Source: Monocercomonoides exilis PA203 (taxonomy: Eukaryota; Protista; Preaxostyla). From it: a DNA stretch of 64,000 nucleotides. Positions within the stretch are counted from its first letter, which is position 1. Each line of letters opens with the position of its first letter. Under the pieces are notes generated by a model. It was not told where the DNA came from and searched no databases. It saw only the letters and a program-made list of their open reading frames with translations. Of this stretch, positions 38,720-51,700 are shown one piece after another. A program made the translations under genes and the position numbers. The stretch covers positions 1,178,001-1,242,000 of the forward strand of contig LSRY02000001.1 in assembly GCA_001643675.2 (NCBI GenBank). Reading direction: 5' to 3'.

Positions 38720-39232
38720 AAAATGATTTTATTTTTTCCGAAATTTTAATGTTGATTTTCGAAAATGAATTATTTTTGGTGTATTTGTTAAAAATACTTT
38801 CAACTGAAAGTTACATATCAGTTTCTCTTTCAATTTTTTTCTTTTTCTGAATATTTTTTTAAAAACAATAAGTTTCCAATTATTTCAAATTGAAAACTTT
38901 AAAAACTTCTTTCATTTTTTTGAAAGATTATCGATCAATCATTTACACAATTTATCATTCATATTTGAGAAACAAAAGGGAAAATTTGAATACAACATAA
39001 AAATACAAATTGAGAAAAAAATTAAAGAAAGAGAGAAAAATATTTCACGTTTTCTTTCATAAAGAATAACAATATCACAATCATGAATAATTGAGGATTT
39101 AGAACAAAAATCACACTTACGCTTCCAAAATAACCATAATAAATTAATATAAAAGCAAAAATACTGATTATCAAGCTCTTTAAACATTTTATGATATAAA
39201 ATTTTTTAAGCATAAATAGAAAATAATTAACA

Positions 39233-42200
39233 ATGCAGTTATACAATATGTTATCAGCAAATTCGAAGAATTTGCTGGAAACGAATCCTTTTTCTTCTTT
39301 GGCTTTGCTGTCTTCTTTATCTTCATCATCTACGCGTTTGGATCCACATCATGATGAAGAATTTATAAAGGATTGTTCATTATTGGTTCAAATCAATTCA
39401 ACATTTGCGGAGAAGATTTCTACAAACATTGTTAAAGATTGGATGAAACGTATTGTTCGCATAATGAATTATTTTCATACTAATTTACCGGACGAATGCA
39501 TTAGCAAAGGACTAAAGATGAATTTTGAAAAATATTACCCAAAATCGATCATAAATGCAAAGACAAAGGGATGTGGGAAAGAAAAGGTTGATAAACATGA
39601 ATGCAACAAAAATTCTGAAGTTTATTTGAATGATTGCTTAATGACACTTCAATTCCTTCATCTTCTGATGCACGAATCATTGCACCCTCTTATTTTTGTA
39701 GATTCTTTAAGTAGAGAAGGGTTTTTTCCTCAAAATTTTATTTTAGACATAATTCTGAACGCGAAAAATTTATCATCATTGGTCAGAAACGTATGATTCA
39801 TTTATGTTTTATTTTTTAAAATACTTTTAACAATGTTTATATGGATTTATAATGGAAATACTCAAATATTTCTATTCGAAAATAACAATTATTATTATTT
39901 TGATAATTTGTATGTTCTACATCTATATTATGAAATTTAGTTTTTACTGTTTTCAGATATTCACGTGGATGAAATGAGCATTGAGCCTCAACCTTCCCAC
40001 CTTTTATCAGACTGCTTGTATTCTCAGGAAAATCAAAAGCAATTACTGAGTCATCTGATTCTTCGAAAAAAATGCAAACTTAAAAAATTGTTACTTGATA
40101 AGCCAGCTTCTCTAATCATTGCATCTCCTTCTACAGCGCTTCTTCAATATAAAAATGTTAACATTCGATGCTTACCGACTTCTATCCCACTGCAGCAAAT
40201 CAATAACAATTCTTTTTATCATCCAGCTTTTCATTTCCTTCCAACTTTGCTCATGAAGCATCACCATCTTTCTCCAACAGAAGATGCACATTCAGCTCAA
40301 ACATCACTTGCTCAATGCAAAAGGACCTGTAAAATCTTACAAAACGATTGTGATGATTGCGCTGATTCTTCTGCTGAAAAAAATGCAGAAGCAACAAGAA
40401 ACGAAATTTTGGAAGTTTTATCTTCACTTTCAAGCTATCATGACAAGTTAATGCGATGTTTGACGTCTCAGCATCCATTGATGGTGAAAAAGAAGCGAAC
40501 ACACGACGATTTACATGTTATTACAAGGCAATTAATGAATTCTGCTTCAACTTCTTCCTCCACTTGGATGGATTCTCGTACTTTGGCTTCGGGAAATAAA
40601 AACCATCAACAATCAAGTCATTCTTTTGTTTCTTCGCAAATTCAATCAAATGCAGAAGAGCTGCGCACAGAACTTCAAAGCCAAAGAAGCAACAAAATAG
40701 ATAAAAATACCGAAGATAGAAAGCAAAATGACTCAACAGGTGCACTTGATATCGCAAAGAAAGAAGAAGCGAAAGAAAAAGAAAAAGAAAATAAGAAAAA
40801 CTTGAAAGAATCTGAAAGCGAACAAGATGATAGAGAGAAGAAGCAAATGGAAAAGAATGACGAAGACAATTCAAAGAAGGCAATTGAAAGCAAGTCAAAA
40901 AAAAAGAGAGTGAAAATTCAGACGAACAAAGACGATTTTGATGAAAGTGATGATCTCGAAGAACTTTTTCCGTTTGATAAAACAACAGCGAAAACTAACA
41001 CCTCAAAAGAAAAAACGGTTTCTTCCTTTTCTTCAGCTACTATTCAAACGGCAGAAAATGCAAAATCGCAAAGTTCGATTCCTTCAACCATTTCTTCAGA
41101 AGGCGTGGGTGTGAAAGCAGAATGGGGTATCTTCCAAACAGAAGAGTCAGACGACAGCAGCAGCAGCAGTGACAGTGACAGTGATAGCGACAGCGATAAC
41201 AATTGCAACAAAGAAAGCGAATGCAACAGACAACAAAAACCCCCCAAAATAGAAGAAGAGTCGTATCAAAAAGGCAAGCAAAGACGATTTGTTAACTCAG
41301 TGCCTGCTCCAAAGACAGAAGGAATACATTTTTCTCTTCCTTCAATTCGACCAGTGCAAACTTGGAAAAGCGGTTCTTATGATCTGATTAGAGATGACGA
41401 AGATGAAAGCGAAAAGGAAGAAAAAGAAGATAAAGAAGAAACCGAAAAAGATTCAAAAATAAAGAGAATTGAGAAAGAAGATCGAGAACACATTTTCAAA
41501 TCGAATGAAAATATGCAGATTTTTTCAGAGGTTTCCATTTTGCATTCACCAACTCCTTTGCATGCACTTGAACATTCAACTTCTTCTGCTCCCACTTCTG
41601 CTCTTAGTCGATCTCCTTCACCTTCTTCAACACCTTCGCCTTCTCCCTCACCTTCTTTAACACCATCTTCTTCGTTAGCAGCGTCTGAGAAGCAAAAAGC
41701 TAAGAAAAAGCCAGTCATATTTCGAGATGACGAGTCAGACGATGGAATTGATGAATTCGAAGCCAGACCGAAAAAGAGGACAAGAAGCGCCGAACAAGAA
41801 GGCGAAGAGAAGTGGGAAGGCGTCAAGCGAATGAAAGTCCCGCTGAATGAGGAAGGAAAGGAAAGTGTTGCTGTTGTTGTTGAAAGCAGAAAAGACGATG
41901 AGCAGAATGAAGAAGGAGAAGAGGGGGAAGAAGAAGAAGCAAATGAAACTTCCGGTTCAAAACATCTGAAGACAAGCACAAACAAGAGCATCGAAGAAGG
42001 TTGTGACAAAAACGATGAAATTAATAATAAGTTGCCTCCATCGCATCCAAAAAGACTGAAGCAACTTTACAATGAGATCAACAAAATAATTAAGGAAAAC
42101 GGCATCGAAGAAATTGGATGTGCCAATTCGAAAGCATCAGTTTCCTTAGCTTCTGCGAATATTCCTTCGTCTCTTTATTTCTTGTTCACAAAGTTTTGCA

Positions 42201-45200
42201 GCATTTGCGGGAGGGAATTCCATTCATTAAATGAAAATATGCAAGATTTAAATGGAAAAATGAACACGAATTCAGCAATTGCCTTGAATGATTCAGAAAA
42301 TCTTGAAACACACGAAATGAATCAAAGATATGGAAGGATTGAAAACGAGAGCAACAAGAGGAAGATGAATTCTGCAGTCAGCAATTCTGTTCTGATTGCT
42401 CTTTGGCCCTGTCATCACGTTGTGTGTGCTGATTGCTTGATGCATTGCTTTGTTGATTCTGCTGAAAGGCAAAGAGCACATCACAGATTTGGAGCTTCAG
42501 ATGGAAATACTTTCTCTTCTTCATCTTCATCTTCATCTTCTTCATTTCATTCTTCTTCATCTTCTTCTTCTGTTGTTGCTGCTATTGCTACTGCAGCTGC
42601 TGCCTCTTCTTCTTCTTTTTCTTCTTCTTCACCATCGCATTCACATTCACATTCAAACTCAGATTCTCTTTCATCATTTTCAGCTTCTCTTTCTCAATTG
42701 CATTCCTCTTCTCGTTCGCTAAAGTTGAAATCATATTCAATCTTCTCTTTTGTTGCGGAGCTGGCTTGTTCTCCTTCTTCTGCTGTATTTCTGTTGCCTT
42801 CTTATTCCCTCTTTTGCCCCATCTGCGGAGCGAGGTGCAACAAAAGACGTTCAATTCCTCTGCCTCTTCTTCACTCAGCCACTGTTTTGCTGCTAGCTGC
42901 ATCTGGATATCCTTCCTTGGATACATTTTCTTCTGCAAAAAATGATCAGGAAAAGAAGGAAACAACCGCTCACACATTATTTTCACCTTCACTCTCTCGT
43001 TCATCGCACTTCAACAGCACACCCACTTCATCCATTTCATCAACATCTTCTTCTTCTCTCTCTTCTTCGCTTCCTTCTTATCTTTCTCCTTCTCCTTCTC
43101 CTTCTCCTTCTGTTACTAGCTTTTGTTTATATCGTGATCGAAGCTTTCTTCATTCAGTACATTTTACGTATGACAGAGCAAATGCATCAACTTTGCTGAA
43201 GCATCTGGAAAGAATGAAAATAGAAAGAAGAAGGAAGATTCTGGACATGATAATAAATGCAAGAGCACTTCAGAGAGATGACTCAACAGCTGGCGATATC
43301 ACATCATCGAATGCCCAACTGACTCAAACAACTGCCATTTCACAATCATCTTCTTCTCCAAATGAAACTGAAGGTACCAATTCGTCTTCCCCAACACAAC
43401 CTCAATCTCCAAAAAAAGAGACAGATGTCAAAAAAGAGGATGAACAAATCTTTGCCATTTCATCTGAACTTCCATCTTTTTCATTCAGACCACCTCGACT
43501 GAAGGCTAATGCAAATATCCAATTCAACATATCATTCTCTTTTCTTTCCTCTCAACTTCGGTTCATACTCGACATTCTCCGAAATCTTCCACCAAAAGAA
43601 AAAGCGATTGTTGTTTCCAGTTTCATCTCTCCGCTCGTTTTGATCCGCAACATCTTTTCATCGAACTCTTCATTCGCATCAACATCCACCTTCGCTCTTT
43701 GGAAGAAGGCGAATGGGCAGGGCAGAATGAAAGAGGTGTCGTATTTCTCTTCTGTTCCACCGCCGTCTGTGCTGCTGATGCCTCTTCAGTGCTTCAGTGC
43801 TGATTACAATCTGTCCTGTGCGAACACTCTGATTGTGGCAGACGCCCTGCTGAGCAGCAAAGACGTGGAGCAGATCGCAAAGCGGATGGGCAATGCAAAA
43901 GGGATGGGAAAAGAAGGAAGAGAAGGAAAAGTGGTGAGAATTATAAGAGTTGTCGGGGAAGGGATGATTGATGAAGAGTGGACGAAAGAAAAAGAAAGAA
44001 GGATTGCGAAGGATAGACTCAACAAAGCGATGGAAGAAGAAATGGAAAAAAAGAAAATAAAGGAATTCAGAGAAAAAACAAAAGAAGACATCAAATTCAG
44101 AGACATTTGTTCGACTGAAACTTCACTCGATGGAAGCAATTTGAATGAGAGCAGAAATCAGTCACCTGTCCAGAAATGTTATTCATCTTTTCCATTCAAC
44201 AAAACAAAATCTCAAACAAACACCGCATTTAATCCAAATGAAAATGCAGCTTCTTTCTCTTCTCTTCCCTTTTGTTATCCGATGAATCCTTTTGCTGTCC
44301 ATAGCAATGACGAGATAAGTGCAATCAGCCATTCTGTTGCCATTCCATCTCTTCCTTGGTTCAATGAATGTTCCAATTGCAATGGTGAAAAGGAATTTTC
44401 TTCGGCAACAGTCGAAGACGAACTTGCTGCAACAAATGAAAAATTGCTTGAGAATAGCAAACGAACAAGCATGCCAACCTTTGCTGATATTCTGAAGGAA
44501 TCTCAAAAGCAACAAACCGCACCAGATGAGCTGACTTATTCATCAGCGCACAAGTTACTCAATTCTCCATCGATCAGCTTGTTATCTCCTGATTCATTGA
44601 ATAAGCACATCCACAAAAATGTACAGAGCTTATCTCAATTTGCTCCATCGAAAAATTATCAATCTTCTGATTCCATTTTTAATAAACCAGTTCCGTCATC
44701 TCGAATATCTTGGATTTCAGTTGGCTTATCTTCAGCCAAACATCCTCCGAGAACAACCAATTATTCTAAAAGCCGTATGGCTTCGATGATGCGGCCACAT
44801 CCGTTGAATTCTTTTTTAAGCCAGAAAGAATCCAATGGAAAGCAATCATCTTCATCGAAGACAACATTAATTGCTTCATCTTCGACAACTTCTGTTCCAG
44901 CTTCTTCTTCAAATCACTTGACTAATTCTTCTTTGGCAAATAGCTCGACTCATCGCAGTGATTCTATTCGTCTGCGACTTCCTCGTGTCAACCCCTCAGC
45001 TTCTCCTATTGCAACTAATCCAGCCAAAAATACAACACAAACCACTTTGAACTCTGCTGCACCTCATACATCTGTTTCTGCTTCTTCTCGTCAGCAGACT
45101 TCTCCATCTGCAGCTCCATCGTCTCAGTCAACTGCAGCATCTGTTGCTTCTGTGCCATCTGCTCCACCTCAACAGAACACCATCAGAGAACAGACAAAGC

Positions 45201-47665
45201 AGCACGATGCTCAAAAATCGAAAGAGCAAGCAAAAGAGCAATTACCACAGCCATCACAAAGGAGCAACGAATTTTCAAATGAAACTCAAGCTGCTCACAA
45301 AGAAAATTGCATTGCCACAAGCTCAATTGAATCTCATGGAGTAAACAAGACTGATGGGAATAGCAATAAAAGTGAAGGAGCAAAAGAGAAAGGAAAAGAA
45401 GAAAATGAAAAGAACAAGACAGAAAAGAGAGAAATTAAAAGGAGGCGCTTTGACAAGCGCCCAGAAGATATTGAGGCGCAAGAAAGAAAAGAAGAAGCAG
45501 CAACGAAACAGAGTTCAGTGCAAGATGAAGCAAAGGACAATAAAGAAAAGAACATAAATGAAGAAATTAGGAAAAATGAAGAAGAAGAGAAAATGAAAGA
45601 AGAACTTGAAAAGTTGAAAGCAAATGAAGAAATTCGGAAAAAAGAAGTGGAATTGCGAAAGAAATTGGAAATGAAGAAAAAGAGAAAAGCAGAAGAAGAA
45701 CTGAAGAAGAAAGAGGAGGAAAGAAAAATGATGGAACAGAAGAAAAAGGAAGAAGAAGAGGCAAAGAAAAAAGCAGAAGAAGCAAAGAAAAAGGAGGAAG
45801 AAGAAAAAAGAGCTGAAATCGAAAAAGAAAGAAAGCGATTGAATGAGCTTGTTTCAAAGCAGAAAGAAGTTGTCGAGAAAAAAGAAGAAATACTTCAAAT
45901 GCTGAAGTCACTTGAAGAAATAGAGCAAATGTATTCAACTATGATAGAGAATTTGAAGGAGAAAATATCTCATTATGATGCAGATAAGAGAGAAGAAGAG
46001 AAAGACAATGAGAAAGAGAATGAGAAAAAGATTGAGAAAGAGAAAGAGAAAGAAAAGGAGAAAGAGAATAAGAAGGAAAAGGAAAAGGAAAAAGAAAAGG
46101 AGAAGGAGAAGGAGAAGGAGAAAGGGAAGGAGAAAAAGAAAGAAAAAGAAAAAGAAAGTAAATCTCTGGGGCATAGCGATGTAAATGATAACACATCAAA
46201 AGTTTCTTCAGTCGAAGATCAAGAGAAAAGCAAGGCCGATTCACATTCTCCGAAGAAGGATACAATTGTTTTGAATAATCTGGATGCAAATTTTGAAGAG
46301 AGAGAAAGACAATCACATGGAAAAGAGCAGACAGAAATTATTCGCCATGCAAAACCGATTGTTTTTGAAGGGGCAGACAATGAAAAGGAACAACAAAATT
46401 TGCCTTCGCTTTCGTCGTCTCTTGATGCATTCACATTTTCCTCATCTCTTCCAACTCAGCAAACGATGCAACAGACGAATTCGATCCTGTCCACTTTCCT
46501 TTCTAATTTTCACAAAGAACAGTCTGCCCATCGAAAGGATGGTTTCACTCAAAATTCTTCTTCCTTGCAACAACAACAGTTTCCAAATCAAGTCACACAG
46601 AATCAGACACAGCCTTTCAATTCAGTCTCAACAAATACTTCCTCATTGAGCCAGAGCAACATCAGCAGCTCATCAACTTCACTGGGAATGGAAATGCAAA
46701 AAACAGCTGGAGGTGCAGATGCTCAAATGCAAACTTCTCCTGCTCGCAATGTGTTGATGAGTGACAGATCAAATAGCATTTCTCATAGTCCAACAGCACT
46801 TTCTTCACAATCATCTTCTCCTTCTTCTTATCATGGAACTTCTCGATTTTCACCACAAAGTGCAGCATCATCCTCTCAATCTTTGATCGTTGCCAATGCC
46901 AAAAATTATGTCGAAAATAAGAATTTTCGAAAGCAAAAATACAACAGATATCATCAGCAGACATCGCCCTCTCCTATTTCTTTACAATCAATATTTAGTG
47001 ATCACTTCGATCAGCAAAATGACAGACAATCAACTCCATCGAAGAATTCATACAGTCAAGCCACACAACCTCGAATATTCAGGCCTTCCTCTTCATACCA
47101 ATCTCAGTCTGGATATCACCACATGAGCAGCAAACCTGACATGCCAAAGAATTCCAATTTGTCCGCACAATCCAAAAGAAGCAGCAGCTCCTTCCACAAC
47201 CCTTCTCTGCCATCTGTTGTGGCAAAATCAGTTTCATCTCCGGATGCCAACAAATCATCGCTCATTTTTGTTAAGCAGCCAACACGGTTATCAACCTCGC
47301 CAAATGATGTATTCCTTTCTCTTAATATAGCCAATTCATCCAATCAGCCTCGGCCTCAGCCTCAGTCCCAGTCCCAGACCAAGTCTCAAGGTTTAACTCA
47401 GCCGCCTGTCGATAGAACTCAACAAATAACTGAATCTGCGTCATCTTCTTCTCCAATTAGCATTCCAGCAGTTTCTCCTTTGACCGAGTCCAGCCATCAA
47501 TCTTCTCCTCCAAAGATGCTGCTGGCATCATCTCAGCCATCGACTTCATCCGAATTTCCTTCTGTTCATTCAACAACACAGCTCATTAACGAAGCAGTTC
47601 GTCAAATAAGATCACAACCTTCTGCTCCCTCTTATACAGCTTCTTTACCGTTTGCGACTTCATAG
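39233..47665 (+). CDS. Large low-complexity protein with a RING finger and degenerate SNF2 (Rad5/Rad16-like) helicase C-terminal domain; 2 exons, ~2760 aa
   Basis: Exon 39233-39790, intron 39791-39940 (GTATGA...TTTAG), exon 39941-47665 in frame. RING ligands CSIC...PCHHVVCADC...CPIC. HELICc-like EKAIVVSSFISPLVLI, VLLMPLQCFSADYNLSCANTLIVAD, EQIAKR, VRIIRVVGEGMIDE. Confidence 0.75.
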
Positions 47666-48757
47666 AATGAAACTAAGCAAAATATATGTTTTCTTTTTCT
47701 TTTCATTTTTGTTTTATTCAATCTTTTTTCACTCACATTTCCTCTTGAGATTTTTATATTCTTGTAGCATTTAGCACACAAGAATATTTAAGAAATAAAT
47801 TATTCTTCGTGCTTTGTGAATAACTATGAATATATGCATTTCTAATATGCTAATATTTTTTTTTCATTTTTTGAGTGATTTACTTATATTAATACGACAA
47901 TTTGGAATGAAGATAAATTTTGAAAAAAACAAAACTCTCCCATCATAAATTCGTTTTCATTTGATCAATATTTTCTGATAAAATTCACAATAAATTGGCT
48001 TGCAACGGAATTTACGACATGAAAAAAAAAGCATACAAGTTAAACATTTTTAAGATGTTTATGAATTGCATCCTCAAAAAAAGAGATTTAATTGTTCTTA
48101 AGTGAGTTCGCATCATTTGCATTCCAATGAAGATTTTGGTGGAAATAAAAGGAGTCAATGTTATTGGTGGAATAAACTTCTTACAAATAATTCTATATAA
48201 CTTTTTACCAACAGATTTCTTGGATTTCAAAATTATACAAAAATGCAACAACAAGTTATAATAATCTTCAGATGGCATTTATTTTCAAGCAATTGTTCAT
48301 TTAAAACAGCAGAGCTACTATCACGTTCATAGCAAATCATATGAAAATGATGGAGCATACTGACAACTCAAACATTCAATAAACTATCACGCGAAAAGAA
48401 TAATTAAATAAAGAATATGGTTTTCTTTCCATATTCAAATTGCTCGAAGTACCTATTGAACTTGATTTATTGAACGCATTTCTTTAAGAAGAAAACAATT
48501 TTTCAACAATAACGAAAAGCTACTATATGAAGGGAAAATCAAAGAATATCAATTTTTTCCTGAAACTGATCAAGTGCTGACTAATATCCGCTGCTTCAAT
48601 GAGGCAAATACCTTAATATCTGTGCAGCCGAGCATCCGTTTGAGAATTCAAACGATTCGATAGAAAGACAAAGACAGGAATATTGGTATCGCAATCCTTC
48701 TTCACAAATGCAACGGGATATAGAAGATCGAAAAAACAAAATGATTTTAATACATTT

Positions 48758-51700
48758 TCACAATAAACTCAAATTTTCCTGCTCACTTCTGCTTTCTGAA
48801 TCTCTAGCGCGTTCGCTTTCTCCACAGCATCCACTGTAGCATTTGACAGCATCTGTCATTGTTAGCACAGCTGCACCTGGAGGGAAGCGCTGGATGAACT
48901 CGCGCTTCAACAAAGCCAAAGTCTTCCTCTGAGAGGCACATCCAGACAAGCAGCACTTGGCAACATTTTGCAATGAGGAAGTGCTTATTCTTTCAAAATT
49001 CGGTCTTTCTCCATTCACTATCTTCTGTCCTGCCACGTCGGCCTCATACTCTCCAAACGGGATCTCCAAGGTCAAGCATTCCCATAGCATCATCCCAATC
49101 GAAAAGGCAACTGATTCCTTTGTTGCCCCCATCTTCTTATTCATCAGCAGTTCTGGTGCCTTCCACCTCAAACACTCTTTTCTTATATCGTCGTCGTCTT
49201 CAAACGCGGATGAAGGAAGGGAATCATCATCATCATCACCACTGACAGATGTCACAACCGTTGATGATGAGATCGACGATGAATCCGAATCATCTGACAA
49301 TAAGTCAGAGTGTATCACAATGCAGATGACCATGTGCTCAGAGAACAGTACAATATGTGGAATGAGATTCGCAAGAGATGAGAGAGGATTTTCCATCTCG
49401 TCAAATGAATGAAGTGCAAGATTAGCAACCCAGAACAGGATCTGTGCAGCTGTCACCTCCCTCTCCTGAAGAGTGCCTATCGCCATCTCCTTCTTCTCGT
49501 TCCTCCCATGAAGCAGCATGAACAGCGAATCCCTCAGATCAACAATCAACTTCTCGTGTGGCGATGAACAGGCCATTGCATCCACCAGATTCGACATCGA
49601 TGAGGTGGTAGGACACATATCCTCCCCTCGTACAAATGTTGAGTCTGAATCAGTTGTGAATGTGGATGAAATGGAGGGTGACGGTGTTCGCTTTCTTGTC
49701 TCTTCTTCCTCACCATTCTCATCAACCTTTTCCAACATCCATTCTGGGATCTTGTCTGAGTCTCTTCCAAGGATGTATTCTGTTGAGCCACTCTCACTCA
49801 ACAAATGCTCTGATGACTCTGAGTGTTCCAAGCTTTTCTCATATATTCTCTTCTTCATCCTCTCATCATTCTTCTTCTCTGCCTCCCTCTCTGCTCTCCT
49901 CCATTGCTCTTCAGGTGACATCTCCATCGTCACCATCTCAATCAGCTTTGGATCTTTTCTGATATTATCATTCACAATCTCTCTCAGATCTTCGGCTTCA
50001 TTCTTCACCTTTCTCCAACGAACAGTAGAAATCACAGCAATCATCAAAACCACAAAAAGAACAATTGCCATAACAATTACAACCAGAATCCACCACGACT
50101 TCTTCTCATTTCCACCTTCAACGATCCTTTCATCTCTTTTTGCCTTTGTTTCACTTCTATTCTTCAGAATGAATGACTGGGTTGATGAGGGAGAATCGGC
50201 ATTCCCAAACAGAAGACACACCCTCACCTCTTCTGATTCTTCTTCTGCTTCTGCCTCGGGCTCAATCTCTGAGGATGAAACGGCACACCAGGCCTCGTGC
50301 TCATCCACAAACCCATCCTCCCCAAACTCATGCCTCTCAATGTGCTGCTCAGAGCGGAGTGAGCGCACCAGCTGGCAGGAGAGGTTGCAGGGGAGCAAGA
50401 GCTCACCCACAAACCTGAGCTTGGCCTGTGTGCCTTCCACTTCCATCTGCACCCCTCGCAGCTCAGGGACAAACAAAGCAGATGGCCGATCTGAGGCCAA
50501 ACCCTTCAGAGTGCACCTCTCGTTCAGAATCCACAGCGATGAATTGTCTTTCCACCCGTCGCCTCCCTTCAGACTCACCACATCCACCACAGCAGAGCCT
50601 GTGCAGACAACATTTCTTCGAGCTGATGGATATTGCGAAAGGGAAGGCGTGTTGTTCACAAACATCCCCATGGTGATATCAACATTTCCGCGATCAATTG
50701 ATATGCCCCCTTCTGCAGAGTTTGTGATGATTGTGTCCTTCAAATGGCTAGTGCTGTTGAAAAGATAAATCAACGATCCATTCCAATGGCATGCATCTTC
50801 AATTGCTGAATTATCGATGATATTGGTATCATTTTGATATCCTTCAAAAAACGAAGATTCAATGGAAACATTATTGGACATATCAATAATCTGTGCATTT
50901 GTGGAAGATGATGTCTGATTAGCAAATGAGCAGTTTGAGATTCGACAGAGAGTTGGAATGGAAGAAGATGATGACAACAAGCATGCACCTGGTGTCATTC
51001 GTTTGATCCCATAGACATTCGAGTGAATTATCATAATAGAACTTTCAAGATTCTCCTCGTTCATTTTTGAAATGCTTCGCTCTTTTATTGAAATTAGAGA
51101 ACTGTTTTTAACAGTGATATCTGAAGTGTTTATTTCTTTAATGATGAGATTTGAGCCTTCACAAGCATCGATCAGTGAGCTTCCTAATGTCAATTCGCCA
51201 AACTCAACGGCTTGCAGCTGAGCAAAACAAGAACTCCTCAGCTCAAACAACGGCCTTGAAGTGATCATGTGTTTCACGCTTGTTCTGCTCATGTCAAATG
51301 ATCCTGAAGCAATTGAAAACAATGATTGATTGATGCAAATGCTCTGATCAGTACTGGAGAATAAACAGGATGCAACAACCAATGATCCATTCATTTGAAT
51401 GAATATGCTTTTGCACGTTGAAGCAAATCCATGTTGAAATAAAAATGAAACACATTCAAATTTCACGGTCTCAGCACTTTCCAAAATACACTTTGATCTT
51501 TGCGGTTCTGAAATCTCCGTTCTCAGATGCACAACAGCATGCGTTGCTGGATTCAGACTCTTAGCTGTCACACTGTTTGCAGTGCAAATTTGTGATATGT
51601 CACATTCTCGATCTATCAGAAGCTGACTGTATGCTGAAGATATTATATGAGACAATCCATAACTCAAGGATTTGCATGGTGTTGTTGAGTTCCCACATGG

